Shown: positions 27,501-34,758, numbered from the stretch's first letter. The stretch is 38,762 nucleotides of DNA from Acidimicrobiales bacterium (GCA_050744165.1 JBOGGN010000242.1:1-38762), one strand, 5' to 3'. Notes: generated from the letters alone by a model not told the origin. Translations and numbers: made by a program.

Positions 27501-29737
27501 CGGTTGACCCAGTGATGATCACTTCTTTGGTGGACAACATCTACGGCAACCTGGCCACCCTGCCCGGTTCAACCTGCGGCACCCTCATCGGCATCACCCT
27601 TCCGCCGGGGGCGACCACGCCGCCGTGCACGTTCACCGGAGCCTTCAACGGAAGGGCGCCTGCCTCCCAGACCGACACCGTCACGGTCACCGGCGTCGAC
27701 TCCCACGGCATCACCGTCACCGCCACGGCCATGGCGACGGTCACCCTGACCCCGGTCCTGCCGACCATCAGTGTCACCAAGGCGGCCAACCCGCCCAGCC
27801 TGCCGGCGCCCGGAGGCACGTTCACCTTCACCGTCCAAGTCCACAACCCCAACACGGTGGACCCGATCACCATCACCTCGCTGGTGGACAACATCTACGG
27901 TGACCTCTCCACCCGGGCCGGCTCAACCTGCGGCGCCCTGATCGGCGTCACCCTGGCACCCGGCGCCACCTCCTCGCCGTGCACCTTCACCGGCCCCTTC
28001 ACCGGGGTGTCCGGAGCCACCCAGACCGACACCGTCACTGTGACCGGCATGGACAGCAACGGCAACAAGGCCACCGCCACCGCCAACGCCACCGTCGCCC
28101 TGACACCGGGGCTGATGCCGGTGATCAGCGTCAGCAAGGCGGCCAACCCCCTAACCCTGCCGGCGCCCGGCGGCACCTTCACCTTCACGGTCCAGGTGAC
28201 CAATCCGAGCACGACCGACCCGATCACGATCACCTCGTTGGTGGACAACATCTACGGTGACCTGTCCACCCGGGCCGGGTCGACCTGCGGCGCCCTGATC
28301 GGCGTCACCCTGGCTCCCGGCGCCACCTCTTCGCCGTGCACCTTCACCGGCCCCTTCACCGGGGTGTCCGGGGCCAGCCAGACCGACACCGTCACGGTGA
28401 CCGGCATGGACAGCAATGGCAACACGGCCACCGCAACGGCCATGGCCACCGTCTCCCTGACGCCGGCCATCACGCCCGAGATCAGCGTGACCAAGGCGGC
28501 CAGCCCGGCCACCCTGCCGGCACCGGGTGGGACGTTCACCTTCACGGTGCAGGTCCACAACCCGAGCACCGTCGATCCGGTGACGATCACCTCGCTGGTG
28601 GACAACATCTACGGCGACCTCTCGACGATCACCGGCTCGACCTGCGGCGCCCTGATCGGCGTCACCCTGGCTCCTGGCGGCACGTCGGCGCCGTGTACCT
28701 TCCCGGGTTCGTTCACGGGCAACTCGGGTGCCAGCCAGACCGACACGGTCACGGTGACCGGCAAAGACAGCAACGGCAACACGGTCACCGCTACCGCCAA
28801 CGCCACCGTGTCGCTGACGCCCGGTCCCACGCCTCAGATCAGCGTCAGCAAAACGGCCGACCCGCTGAGCAAGCCAGCCCCCGGCGGAACATTCACCTTC
28901 ACAGTGGAGGTGACCAACCCAAGCACGACCGACCCGATCACCATCACCTCGCTGGTGGACAACATCTACGGCGACCTGACGAAGATCTCCGGCTCCACCT
29001 GTGGCGCCCTGATCGGCGTGACACTGGCACCCGGCGCCTCCTCGGCCCCGTGCACCTTCCCGGGCTCGTTCACGGGCAAGTCGGGCGACAGCCAGACGGA
29101 CACGGTGACCGCCACCGGCAAGGACACCAACGGCACGACAGTGACCGCGACGGCCATGGCGACCGTCACGCTGACCCCGCCGGCGCCCACGACCACCACG
29201 TCGACCTCGACGACCTCGACGACCTCGACCACGGCGACGTCCGCCCCGCCCGCGACGCCGGTGATCGCGGTCACCAAGGCCGCCAACCCCATCAGCCTTT
29301 CGGCGCCAGGCGGTACGTTCATCTTCACGGTGGTCGTGTCCAACCCGAGCACGACCGTCCCGGTCAAGATCACCTCGCTGGTGGACAACATCTACGGCGA
29401 CCTGACGAAGATCTCCGGCTCGACCTGCGGAACCCTGATCGGCGTCACGCTCAGCCCCGGCCAGAGCTCCTCGCCGTGCAGCTTCCCGGGGAGTTTCACC
29501 GGATCGGGTGGCGATACCCAGACCGACACGGTGACCGTCACCGGGGTCAACCCGGCTAACCCGTCCGGTACCCCGGTCACCGCCACCGCCAAGGCGACGG
29601 TCAGCATCATCGCCGCCACGTCGACGCCACTCGCCCTGACCGGCTTGGACGACCGGCGACCGCTGACGATCGGCTTTGGGCTCATCGCCGCCGGCCTGCT
29701 GGTTCTGGCGCTGTGCTGGCGCCGGCGCCTCAACTGA
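21542..29737 (+). CDS. Giant (2731 aa) cell-surface repeat protein: signal peptide, N-terminal domain, 16 Ig-like repeats, 6 DUF11-like repeats, LALTG sortase-type anchor
   Basis: The ATG at 21542 has an AAGGAG SD. The signal peptide is ALGLAIAVVPFVVTIPDAFA. Sixteen ~108-aa repeats match ...PTGTITF.(V/L)FGP.N..CTG.P.FTS...V.GNG.Y.S..FT....GTY.FVA.YSGD.NN......CG..NE.V.V. Six ~122-aa repeats match TFTFTV.V.NPSTVDPITITSLVDNIYGDL....STCG.LIGVTLAPG....CTF.G.F.G.....QTDTVTVTG.D..G. A Thr/Ser linker follows. The C-terminus reads LALTG-LDDRRPLTIG-FGLIAAGLLVLALCW-RRRLN. Confidence 0.85.
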   Translation: MGHEGQHRRRSSVARRTLQGALGLAIAVVPFVVTIPDAFAGVGFGVVPTFPSVVTVGQTGLPANLTIQNTSTTPDNASNVTLSTIDLVPACGTTFGTAPINDCPIANADPGVFTLSPTGTGQAGTACAGTTFTITTVDPATGQVSFSPSTPVVLQPPGTGPGGALAECVIDFTFTVNMGPTHVDANGQVDQLGFASGTNTLGHTGSGAGSSAVTVNLATLGITTSATSTATVGGGITDTATVSAAAPPGPAPTGTITFTAFTNSTCSGAPAFTSNAITVTGTGNYTSTPPFVTTAPGSVFWIASYSGDVSNAPVATHCGDAGETTTVNQAVPTIVTAASTTATIGGPISDSAVLANGLNPTGTITFTAFGPGNATCTAPAAFTSAPLAVAGNGTYMSGPFTPTTPGTYLWVASYSGDTNNAAVATPCGDMGETSTVNKATPAIVTTASGSGPVGSVISDSAVLSGGVDTPTGTITFNVFGPDNASCTGAPVFTSTATVNGNGTYSSSMFTTTAAGTYLFVASYSGDANNNAVASACGAANESVTITKASPAIATTPSPSVTAGGLVSDSATLSSGVNPTGTITFTLFGPGNPTCTGAAIFTSTASVNAGNGVYNSAAFTTTTPGTYNWVASYSGDANNNAVASTCASETVVVTQAHPTIMTQASASVPVGGTITDTATLAGGVSPTGTITFSIFAPGNPTCAGAPVATSMVPVTGNGNYVSAPFTTTAVGTYMFVVIYSGDTANASATSACGAANEAVTTTQATPTIATTPSVSVPVGGAVSDSATLANGLSPTGSITFTLFGPGNPTCTGAQVFTSNPIPVTGNGTYTSNTFTATMAGSYNWIATYSGDANNHSVASTCASETVVVTTTTPKIVTNASLTVPVGGTISDTATLSNGVNPTGTITFDVFGPNDATCSTVPAFTSVVSVTSGNGTYSSGPFTAVMAGTYRFVAMYSGDANNAAVTTMCNDPNESVVVTTVTPSLSTTASASVAVSGTVSDTAILSGGSNPTGTITFELFGPVAGCTGAPIFTATKPVTGDGAYSSGTFTPTAPGTYNFEASYSGDANNNAIPLTACGAAGENVTVTPATPAIVTMASASVAAGGTISDTATLTGGDAPTGTITFTVYGPGNTTCAGTGVASHTVAVTGDGSYASGSFPAAIAGTYRFIAAYSGDANNSAESTGCNDANESVVVTPAAPTLVTHASSTVAAGGTIQDTATLSGGASPMGTITITLFGPNNAACTGTPIQSTTDPVNGDGDYTSTPFVVNAAGTYQYVAVYGGDANNAGATSACGAANESVVVTPAAPTIATQASAPVAVGNPITDVATLSGGDNPTGTITFNVFGPHNATCTGAPVFSSTMAVTGDGNYTSNPFTPTMAGTYRFVDSYSGDANNAPTASACGAANESVAVGVASPTIVTTASAPVVAGGNISDIAVLSGGVTPSGTITFDVFGPNNATCTGAPLFTSTVPVAGNGSYASAPFTTTLAGTYQFVASYSGDANNGAVTSACDAANESVVVAKAGPAIATQASAPVTVGGAISDSATLSGGTGPSGTITFQVFGPNNATCTGAAAFTSSVTVAGNGTYASMSFTPTQPGTYRFVATYGGDANNAAAGPTSCGDPAESTVVSPGATTIVTKVSGSTTVGGTITDTATLAGGVNPTGTITFQVFGPNNATCTGIPAFTSTVPVTGNGNYTSATFTVPGAGTYGFVATYSGDTANSPAGPTACSDPNETTTATKVSPTISTMASPTGTVGGAITDTATLTGGFNPTGTITFQVFGPNNTTCTGAPAATSTAPVSGSGNYTSAPFSPTAPGSYQFVATYGGDANNNAAGPTACNDPAETATVTPSAVTFSTTASPSADVGQPIFDTADLTGSGTPTGTITYNLFGPNNATCTGAPAFTTTVNVNGSGMYTSASFTPTAAGTYEWVDTYSGDATTAPAGPTPCNDAAESVVVLPTPQIAVTKAANPTSEPEPGGNFTFTVTVSNPSTVDPVMITSLVDNIYGNLATLPGSTCGTLIGITLPPGATTPPCTFTGAFNGRAPASQTDTVTVTGVDSHGITVTATAMATVTLTPVLPTISVTKAANPPSLPAPGGTFTFTVQVHNPNTVDPITITSLVDNIYGDLSTRAGSTCGALIGVTLAPGATSSPCTFTGPFTGVSGATQTDTVTVTGMDSNGNKATATANATVALTPGLMPVISVSKAANPLTLPAPGGTFTFTVQVTNPSTTDPITITSLVDNIYGDLSTRAGSTCGALIGVTLAPGATSSPCTFTGPFTGVSGASQTDTVTVTGMDSNGNTATATAMATVSLTPAITPEISVTKAASPATLPAPGGTFTFTVQVHNPSTVDPVTITSLVDNIYGDLSTITGSTCGALIGVTLAPGGTSAPCTFPGSFTGNSGASQTDTVTVTGKDSNGNTVTATANATVSLTPGPTPQISVSKTADPLSKPAPGGTFTFTVEVTNPSTTDPITITSLVDNIYGDLTKISGSTCGALIGVTLAPGASSAPCTFPGSFTGKSGDSQTDTVTATGKDTNGTTVTATAMATVTLTPPAPTTTTSTSTTSTTSTTATSAPPATPVIAVTKAANPISLSAPGGTFIFTVVVSNPSTTVPVKITSLVDNIYGDLTKISGSTCGTLIGVTLSPGQSSSPCSFPGSFTGSGGDTQTDTVTVTGVNPANPSGTPVTATAKATVSIIAATSTPLALTGLDDRRPLTIGFGLIAAGLLVLALCWRRRLN
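22190..27400 (+). repeat. Coding tandem array: 16 diverged ~325-bp units (Ig-like domain repeats) inside the giant gene
   Basis: The unit containing TGTITF and YSGDANN recurs 16 times with ~50-70% aa identity. Antisense ORFs with ~330-bp periodicity in the six-frame track are echoes of this array. Confidence 0.85.
27401..29610 (+). repeat. Coding tandem array: 6 ~365-bp units (DUF11-like conserved repeat domain), two copies near-identical
   Basis: ITSLVDNIYGDL occurs six times. The units starting near 27830 and 28190 are almost identical at protein level (ITITSLVDNIYGDLSTRAGSTCGALIGVTLAPGATSSPCTFTGPFTGVSGA). A Thr/Ser linker at about 29180-29260 separates units 5 and 6. Confidence 0.8.
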
Positions 29738-29777
29738 CAAGGGCTCGCCGCAAGGCCGTGGTCATCGCCGCAGGCTG

Positions 29778-29819
29778 AACCCGCAACCCGCAACCCGCAA
29801 CCCGCAGCCCGGCAGCCCA
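29778..29819. repeat. Heptanucleotide microsatellite (AACCCGC)x4 plus two degenerate copies in convergent intergenic region
   Basis: The sequence aacccgc aacccgc aacccgc aacccgc agcccgg cagccc is read directly. Confidence 0.8.
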
Positions 29820-29936
29820 CCCGGGCACAGCGGCCACGGCCCGGCAACGCTGGCCTGCGGGCGACATCGCGGCGCGCCTGGGAGATCGCCGAGTGCCACC
29901 ATCTGCCTAAGCGGTTAGGGAACTCCTGGGGCCTCG

Positions 29937-29983
29937 GGGTGACCCGAATACCTGGCCCCATGCGGTAGCTATTCGGGCCACCC
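29937..29983. terminator. Candidate bidirectional terminator hairpin between convergent surface-protein genes
   Basis: GGGTGACCCGAAT (29937-29949) pairs with ATTCGGGCCACCC (29971-29983), 12 of 13 complementary, around a 21-nt loop. There is no clear U-tract. Confidence 0.3.
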
Positions 29984-29993
29984 AGCCGGGCGA

Positions 29994-32906
29994 CTACTGC
30001 GAGCGGCGCGGTAGTCGCCGCCGCCGGCGCCAGGTGACGCCCAGGCTGAGCAGGCCGGCCAGGATGAGCATGCCACCGGCGATGGTCGGGTCCTGGATCC
30101 GTGCCCCGGTGAGCGACAGCGAGGAGGTCGCGGTCGTCGTCGTGGTCCCCGAGCCAGTGGGCGCTGCGGTCACGGTGATCGAGACCTGCGCCCTCAGCGA
30201 GGCATCGGCCGTGCTGGCAACGATCGTGTGCTGGCCGGGCGCGGTGGCCGCGGGAATGACAACGGTGGCCGCAAAGTTCCCGAGAGAGTTTGCCGTCGCC
30301 ATTCCGAGCGACACCGGGCTGCTGAGAAGGTCCATCTGGAGTTCGCTGCCGGCCGGGAAGCCGCTGCCGGTGACCATGGTCGGCTGGCCAGCCGGCACGG
30401 AATTGGGGTTCACCTGAACCGTCGGAGTACCTGTGGTGGTGGTGGTTGCCCCCAGCGTGCTCGACGTTGTCGAAGAGCTCGTGGTCGAGGATCTCGTCGT
30501 GGTCGTTGTCGACCCGACTGTCGAGGATGTGGTTGACCCCACTGTCGTGGTTGTCGTCGGGGCAGTGGTGGTGCTGCTGGTCGTGCTGCTCGAGGTCGTG
30601 CTGCTCGAGGTGGTGGTCGCACTCACCGTGACCGTCTCGGCGGCCTCACCGCAGGCGGTGGGCCCAGCCGGGAGGGAGTCTGGGTCGCCGTCGTAGGACG
30701 CCAGCCACTGATAGGTACCAACAGCGGTCGAAATGAACGGCTCTGAGGTGTAGCTGCCGTCACCATTGACTGTCACCGTGGTGCTGAAGGCGGCGGTCCC
30801 GGTGCAGGCGGCGTCACCGGGGCCGAAAAGGTTGAAGGTGATTGTCCCGGTCGGCGAAAAGCCGCCAGTGAGGGCAGCCGTGTCGCTCACCGAGCCGCCG
30901 ACGGTCACTGATGCCGAGGCATGAGTGGAGATCGAGGTTGAGGCCCTGATCACGCTGAGGTGTTCGTTGACCGCCCCGCAGGCACTGGTCACGGGGTTGT
31001 TGTTGCTGTCCCCGCTGTAGACGGCGGTCCACAGGTAGTCACCCACCTTTTCGGTGGCGAAGGAATCCGAGTCGTACGAGCCGTTGCCGTTGACCCGCAC
31101 GACCGCAGTGAACGCTGGCGTCGCAGAGCAGGTTTGGTCGTTCGGACCGAACAGGCTGAAGGTGATCGATCCGGTGGGGATGCGACCGCCCGACAGCGCG
31201 GCCGAGTCGCTGACCGATCCACCCACCGCGACCGTCGGGGACGCCATCGTCGCGATTGTCGGCGTGGCCATCGCCAGCACCGTGGTCGTCGTGGGTCCTG
31301 TGGTGGTTGTGGTCGGGCCGGTGGTGGTTGTGGTCGGGCCGGTGGTGGTTGTCGTCGTCGCCGGGAGCGTGGTGGTGGTGGTCGAGGTGGTTGTGGTTGT
31401 TGGGCCGGTTGTGGTTGTGGTGGTTGCCGGGACCGTGGTCGTGGTGGTGGTGGTGCTCGTAGAGGTCGTCGTCGTACTGGTACTGCTTGACGTGGTGGTC
31501 GTGGAGCTGACGATGACCGTCTCGGCGGCGTCGCCGCAGGTGGTGGGCCCTGCTGGGTTAGAGTTGGCGTCGCCGCTGTACGACGCCACCCATTCGTACG
31601 TGCCGGCAGCGGTGGTGGTGAAGAGGCTCGACATGTAGTTGCCGTCGCCGTTGACGGACACCGTGTTGCTGAACGTCACGGTCCCGCTGCAGGTCGGGTC
31701 GCCCGGGCCAAAGAGGTCGAACGTGATGGTTGCGGAGGGCGAGAAACCTCCGGTGAGGGTGGCGGTGTCGCTGATAGAGCCGCCGACGGTGACCGAGGCT
31801 GATGCGTGCGTAGAGATGGTGGTGTTGGCTTTGGTCACTGTCACCGATTCATTCGCCGCGTTGCAGGCGCTGGTCACCGGGTTGTTGTTGCCGTCACCGC
31901 TGTAAGCCGCCGTCCATTGGTAGTTGCCGGTCGACACGGCCACGAAGCTCTCCGAGGAGTAGGTGCCGTTGCCGGAGACCGGCACCATGGCGGTAAAGGC
32001 CGGCGTCGCCGAGCAGTTGGCGTCGTCCGGGCCGAAGAGAATAAAGGTGATCGTGCCGGTGGGCGTGTTCCCGTCCAGGAGAGAGGCGGTGTCACTCACC
32101 GATCCGCCCACGGCCACCGATGCCGAGGCCGCGGTCGTCAGAATGGGCGTCGACGCAGCCGGCGATACCGTCACCTTCTCGTTGCTGTCGAGACAGTTGA
32201 TGTCCGACACAGCCAGGTTGTTACCGTCGCCGCTGTAGGACGCCGTCCACACGTAGGTACCGGTTGTCGTCGGGAAAAAGGGAGCCGACGGGTACATGGC
32301 GTTACCCAGATTCACGGGCACCGAGGTGGTGAAGCTCGGCGCAGTTTGGGCTTGGCAGGCGGCCACGGAGGCCCATAGGTCAAAGGTGATCGTGCCGGTG
32401 GGGCTGACACCCCCGGCCAGTTTGGCGCTGTCGTCGATCGAGCCGCCCACGGCAACGCCGGCCGACGCGGTGGTGGTGAGCACCGGCGCCACTTGGCCCA
32501 CGATCGTCGATTCGGGAGCGTCCGAACACGAGGTCGGTCCGACCGGATTGTTGTTGCCGTCACCGCTGTAGGTGACCTGCCACCGGTAGGTGCCTGCCTG
32601 GCTGGTGGTGAAGCTGGTTGAGTCGTAACTGCCATCGCCCGAGACCGGCACCATCGAGGTGAACGGCGGCGTACCAGCGCAGGTGGAGTTGTCCGGACCA
32701 AATAAGTCGAAAGTCAGCGTGCCCGTCGGCGCGGATCCACCAGACAGATCGATGACATCGAAGATTGCAAGTCCTACCGTCGTGTCGGGGGAGGCGACCG
32801 ATGAAATCGAGGGCGTCGCCAATGCCAACGCCGGCGTCGCAACCGTCCCCACACAGAGGCACGCGAGCGCGACGGCCCCAATGACGCCCCCGAGCCTCCT
32901 GAGCAC
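29994..32906 (-). CDS. 970-aa cell-surface repeat protein, paralog of the giant protein: 6 Ig-like repeats, Thr-rich linkers, terminal Ig-like domain, LSLTG anchor signal
   Basis: The signal peptide is MLRRLGGVIGAVALACLCVGTVATPALALA. The same PTGTITF...YSGDGNN repeat family occurs six times. There are two long Thr/Ser/Gly-Pro linkers. The C-terminus reads LSLTG-ARIQDPTIAGG-MLILAGLLSLGVTW-RRRRRLPRRSQ. Only 36 bp separate it from the upstream gene on the same strand. Confidence 0.85.
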   Translation of the reverse strand: MLRRLGGVIGAVALACLCVGTVATPALALATPSISSVASPDTTVGLAIFDVIDLSGGSAPTGTLTFDLFGPDNSTCAGTPPFTSMVPVSGDGSYDSTSFTTSQAGTYRWQVTYSGDGNNNPVGPTSCSDAPESTIVGQVAPVLTTTASAGVAVGGSIDDSAKLAGGVSPTGTITFDLWASVAACQAQTAPSFTTSVPVNLGNAMYPSAPFFPTTTGTYVWTASYSGDGNNLAVSDINCLDSNEKVTVSPAASTPILTTAASASVAVGGSVSDTASLLDGNTPTGTITFILFGPDDANCSATPAFTAMVPVSGNGTYSSESFVAVSTGNYQWTAAYSGDGNNNPVTSACNAANESVTVTKANTTISTHASASVTVGGSISDTATLTGGFSPSATITFDLFGPGDPTCSGTVTFSNTVSVNGDGNYMSSLFTTTAAGTYEWVASYSGDANSNPAGPTTCGDAAETVIVSSTTTTSSSTSTTTTSTSTTTTTTTVPATTTTTTGPTTTTTSTTTTTLPATTTTTTGPTTTTTGPTTTTTGPTTTTVLAMATPTIATMASPTVAVGGSVSDSAALSGGRIPTGSITFSLFGPNDQTCSATPAFTAVVRVNGNGSYDSDSFATEKVGDYLWTAVYSGDSNNNPVTSACGAVNEHLSVIRASTSISTHASASVTVGGSVSDTAALTGGFSPTGTITFNLFGPGDAACTGTAAFSTTVTVNGDGSYTSEPFISTAVGTYQWLASYDGDPDSLPAGPTACGEAAETVTVSATTTSSSTTSSSTTSSTTTAPTTTTTVGSTTSSTVGSTTTTTRSSTTSSSTTSSTLGATTTTTGTPTVQVNPNSVPAGQPTMVTGSGFPAGSELQMDLLSSPVSLGMATANSLGNFAATVVIPAATAPGQHTIVASTADASLRAQVSITVTAAPTGSGTTTTTATSSLSLTGARIQDPTIAGGMLILAGLLSLGVTWRRRRRLPRRSQ
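31290..31352. repeat. 21-bp tandem repeat (2 perfect + 1 degenerate copy) encoding a GPTTTTT linker repeat in the 970-aa surface protein gene
   Basis: The unit ggtcgggccggtggtggttgt lies at 31311-31331 and 31332-31352, with a degenerate copy at 31290-31310. Confidence 0.75.
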
Positions 32907-32942
32907 GCCAAAGGATATCAGTTGGTCCCTGTTCAGGCCGAA

Positions 32943-33905
32943 TTAGTAGGCGTCGATGTCGCCGGTCGTCCCGATTGCAATATGGGGCCCGGCCCCCGGT
33001 TGGAGCCATTGGAGCAACGCAATCAGGTCGGATGAAGGAAGGCTTACACAACCGTTGGTGGGCCTACCTAACGATACGTGGAGAAAAATAGCCGAACCCC
33101 TCCCAGGAACGACCGGGCTGGCGTTGTATTCGATAACCGCGAAGTAGTCATATGCCGGCGCTTCGGTCCACAAGGCCTCGCTCCCGCCTCCGAAGGGATT
33201 CTCGGTGCTGCAGGAACCAACGTGCTGGAAGGTGTTGTACTCCGGCGAGGATGGCTCCTCGTCCCACCAGTCGCCGCAGACCAGGACGTGGTAGCTGCCG
33301 TGAACACCAGGGTTGGGGTCGATGCCGTAGAACGTCGAGCCGATGCCGAACAGCCCGATCGGGGAGGTGCCGTCGCCTTCAATCTTGTCGCTGCTCAGTC
33401 CGTGGAGGCCGACCCAGCCTGACCACGGTCCCCCTGCCACGGTCCAGCAGGTCCCGGTCCGTTGCCACAAGGTCACGACCGCAGTGGTGGCCGCGGTGGA
33501 ACTGGCCACGACGGTCACCAACTGGCTGCCGCCGCCCGTGGCCTTCATCTGATTGGCGGGCGTGGCGGTGCAGGCCGCGGCGGTGGTGCTGACAGGGGCG
33601 GCGATCGTGGTCTGCACGCGCTGGGCAGTGGTCGTAGTCGCGGCCTGCGCCGTCGTCGGGGCGGCGAGGCTTGTCGTGCTGGCGATCGCGGGCACCGTCG
33701 AGGAGGTGGTGGTCGTTGCCGTCGTCACCGAGGTGGTGGCGGCCAGCGTGGTGCTCGATTGCAGGTGGGCAGCACCGGAGGTCCTCGCGCCACCACATGC
33801 GGCGGTCGCCAGCAGGGTCGCCACCGCGGCCCAAGCTCTCGTCCGGCGACGGCGTGCTGCCGGCGGCGTTTCCCACGGGCGAGGGGCGGTGGGTGACCGG
33901 TTCAT
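32943..33905 (-). CDS. L,D-transpeptidase (YkuD-fold) family lipoprotein with Thr-rich linker
   Basis: The lipobox is LLATAAC. After a Thr/Ala-rich linker comes a YkuD-like core: GDGTSPIGLFGI, then FLHVS...GRPTNGCVSLPSSDLIALLQWL (compare ...H.S....SHGC[VI][RN][LV] in known Ldt). Asn replaces the His usually preceding the catalytic Cys. Confidence 0.6.
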   Translation of the reverse strand: MNRSPTAPRPWETPPAARRRRTRAWAAVATLLATAACGGARTSGAAHLQSSTTLAATTSVTTATTTTSSTVPAIASTTSLAAPTTAQAATTTTAQRVQTTIAAPVSTTAAACTATPANQMKATGGGSQLVTVVASSTAATTAVVTLWQRTGTCWTVAGGPWSGWVGLHGLSSDKIEGDGTSPIGLFGIGSTFYGIDPNPGVHGSYHVLVCGDWWDEEPSSPEYNTFQHVGSCSTENPFGGGSEALWTEAPAYDYFAVIEYNASPVVPGRGSAIFLHVSLGRPTNGCVSLPSSDLIALLQWLQPGAGPHIAIGTTGDIDAY

Positions 33906-34758
33906 GCAGCTGCCCGGACCTTATCGTGGTGGCGTGTTCGGCCCACGACGCCCCCGTGGCACCGCCGCGGGTCTGGTCGCGTTGGTTCTCGTGGCCGCCG
34001 GATGCGGGGGACCCGTGGCTTCGAAGGAGCTGCGCGGCACCACCACCTTGCCTCGAGGCACGACCTCTACCGCCTCCATGGTCCTCGGCGACACCACAAC
34101 CTCAAGCACCGTGCCCGCCAGTTCGTCGACCACCCGAGCGGCGACCTCGACGACCAGCACCACCGCTGTGGCCTCGTCGAGCTTCGTCGGAACCGAGGCG
34201 ACGATCACCGCCGCCGACGTGCCCTACACCTGGCGGTCCGGATGCCCCGTAGGACCGACCCAACTCCGGATGCTGCACCTCAGTTATTGGGGCTTCGACA
34301 ACCAGCCCCACGTTGGCACCATGGTGGTCAACGCTGCCGTGGTAGCCGACGTCTTCAAGGTTTTCTCGACCCTGTTCGCGGAACATTTCCCGATTCAGCA
34401 GATGCAGCCCGAGGACGCCTACCAGGGCAGCGACCCGGCCTCGATGGTCGCCGATAACACCTCGGGTTTCAACTGCCGCAATGCCGTGGTGCCCCCAGGT
34501 CAACCAACGTCGTGGTCAGTTCACGCCTACGGGGAAGCAATCGACGTCAACACCGTTCAGAATCCCTACGTCGAGGGTGGCACCGTGATGCCGCCCGGTG
34601 GGGCCGCCTACCTCAACCGCTCCGCTTACCGCCCCGGGATGGCGGTACCGGGCGGCCAGCTCGTCGCCGCCTTCGCCTCGGTGGGCTGGCAATGGGGCGG
34701 CCGCTGGGCCTCGACAGGAACGCCTGACTACCAGCACTTCTCGCTCACCGGCGGCTGA
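33904..34758 (+). CDS. Peptidase M15 (VanY / D-Ala-D-Ala carboxypeptidase-like, LAS metallopeptidase) lipoprotein
   Basis: Has a lipoprotein signal (LVALVLVAAGCGG) and a Thr/Ser linker. An H-x6-D zinc motif (SVHAYGEAIDVN) and a terminal His (DYQHFS) are present. The ATG at 33904 overlaps the divergent Ldt start on the opposite strand. An alternative GTG lies at 33934. Confidence 0.68.
   Translation: MQLPGPYRGGVFGPRRPRGTAAGLVALVLVAAGCGGPVASKELRGTTTLPRGTTSTASMVLGDTTTSSTVPASSSTTRAATSTTSTTAVASSSFVGTEATITAADVPYTWRSGCPVGPTQLRMLHLSYWGFDNQPHVGTMVVNAAVVADVFKVFSTLFAEHFPIQQMQPEDAYQGSDPASMVADNTSGFNCRNAVVPPGQPTSWSVHAYGEAIDVNTVQNPYVEGGTVMPPGGAAYLNRSAYRPGMAVPGGQLVAAFASVGWQWGGRWASTGTPDYQHFSLTGG

Noticed and set aside
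22190-29610. Possibility that the regular ~330/365-bp repeats are a CRISPR array or non-coding satellite
   Set aside because: The units are far longer than CRISPR repeats or spacers. They are diverged rather than identical, they maintain one open reading frame across 8.2 kb, and they encode recognisable Ig-like and DUF11 domains.
21470-29740. Long minus-strand ORFs (877 aa, 529 aa) and a periodic series of ~90-120-aa ORFs on both strands inside the giant gene
   Set aside because: They are antisense or frame-shifted echoes of the coding tandem repeats. Their periodicity equals the repeat length. The sense frame alone has signal peptide, domain structure and sorting signal.
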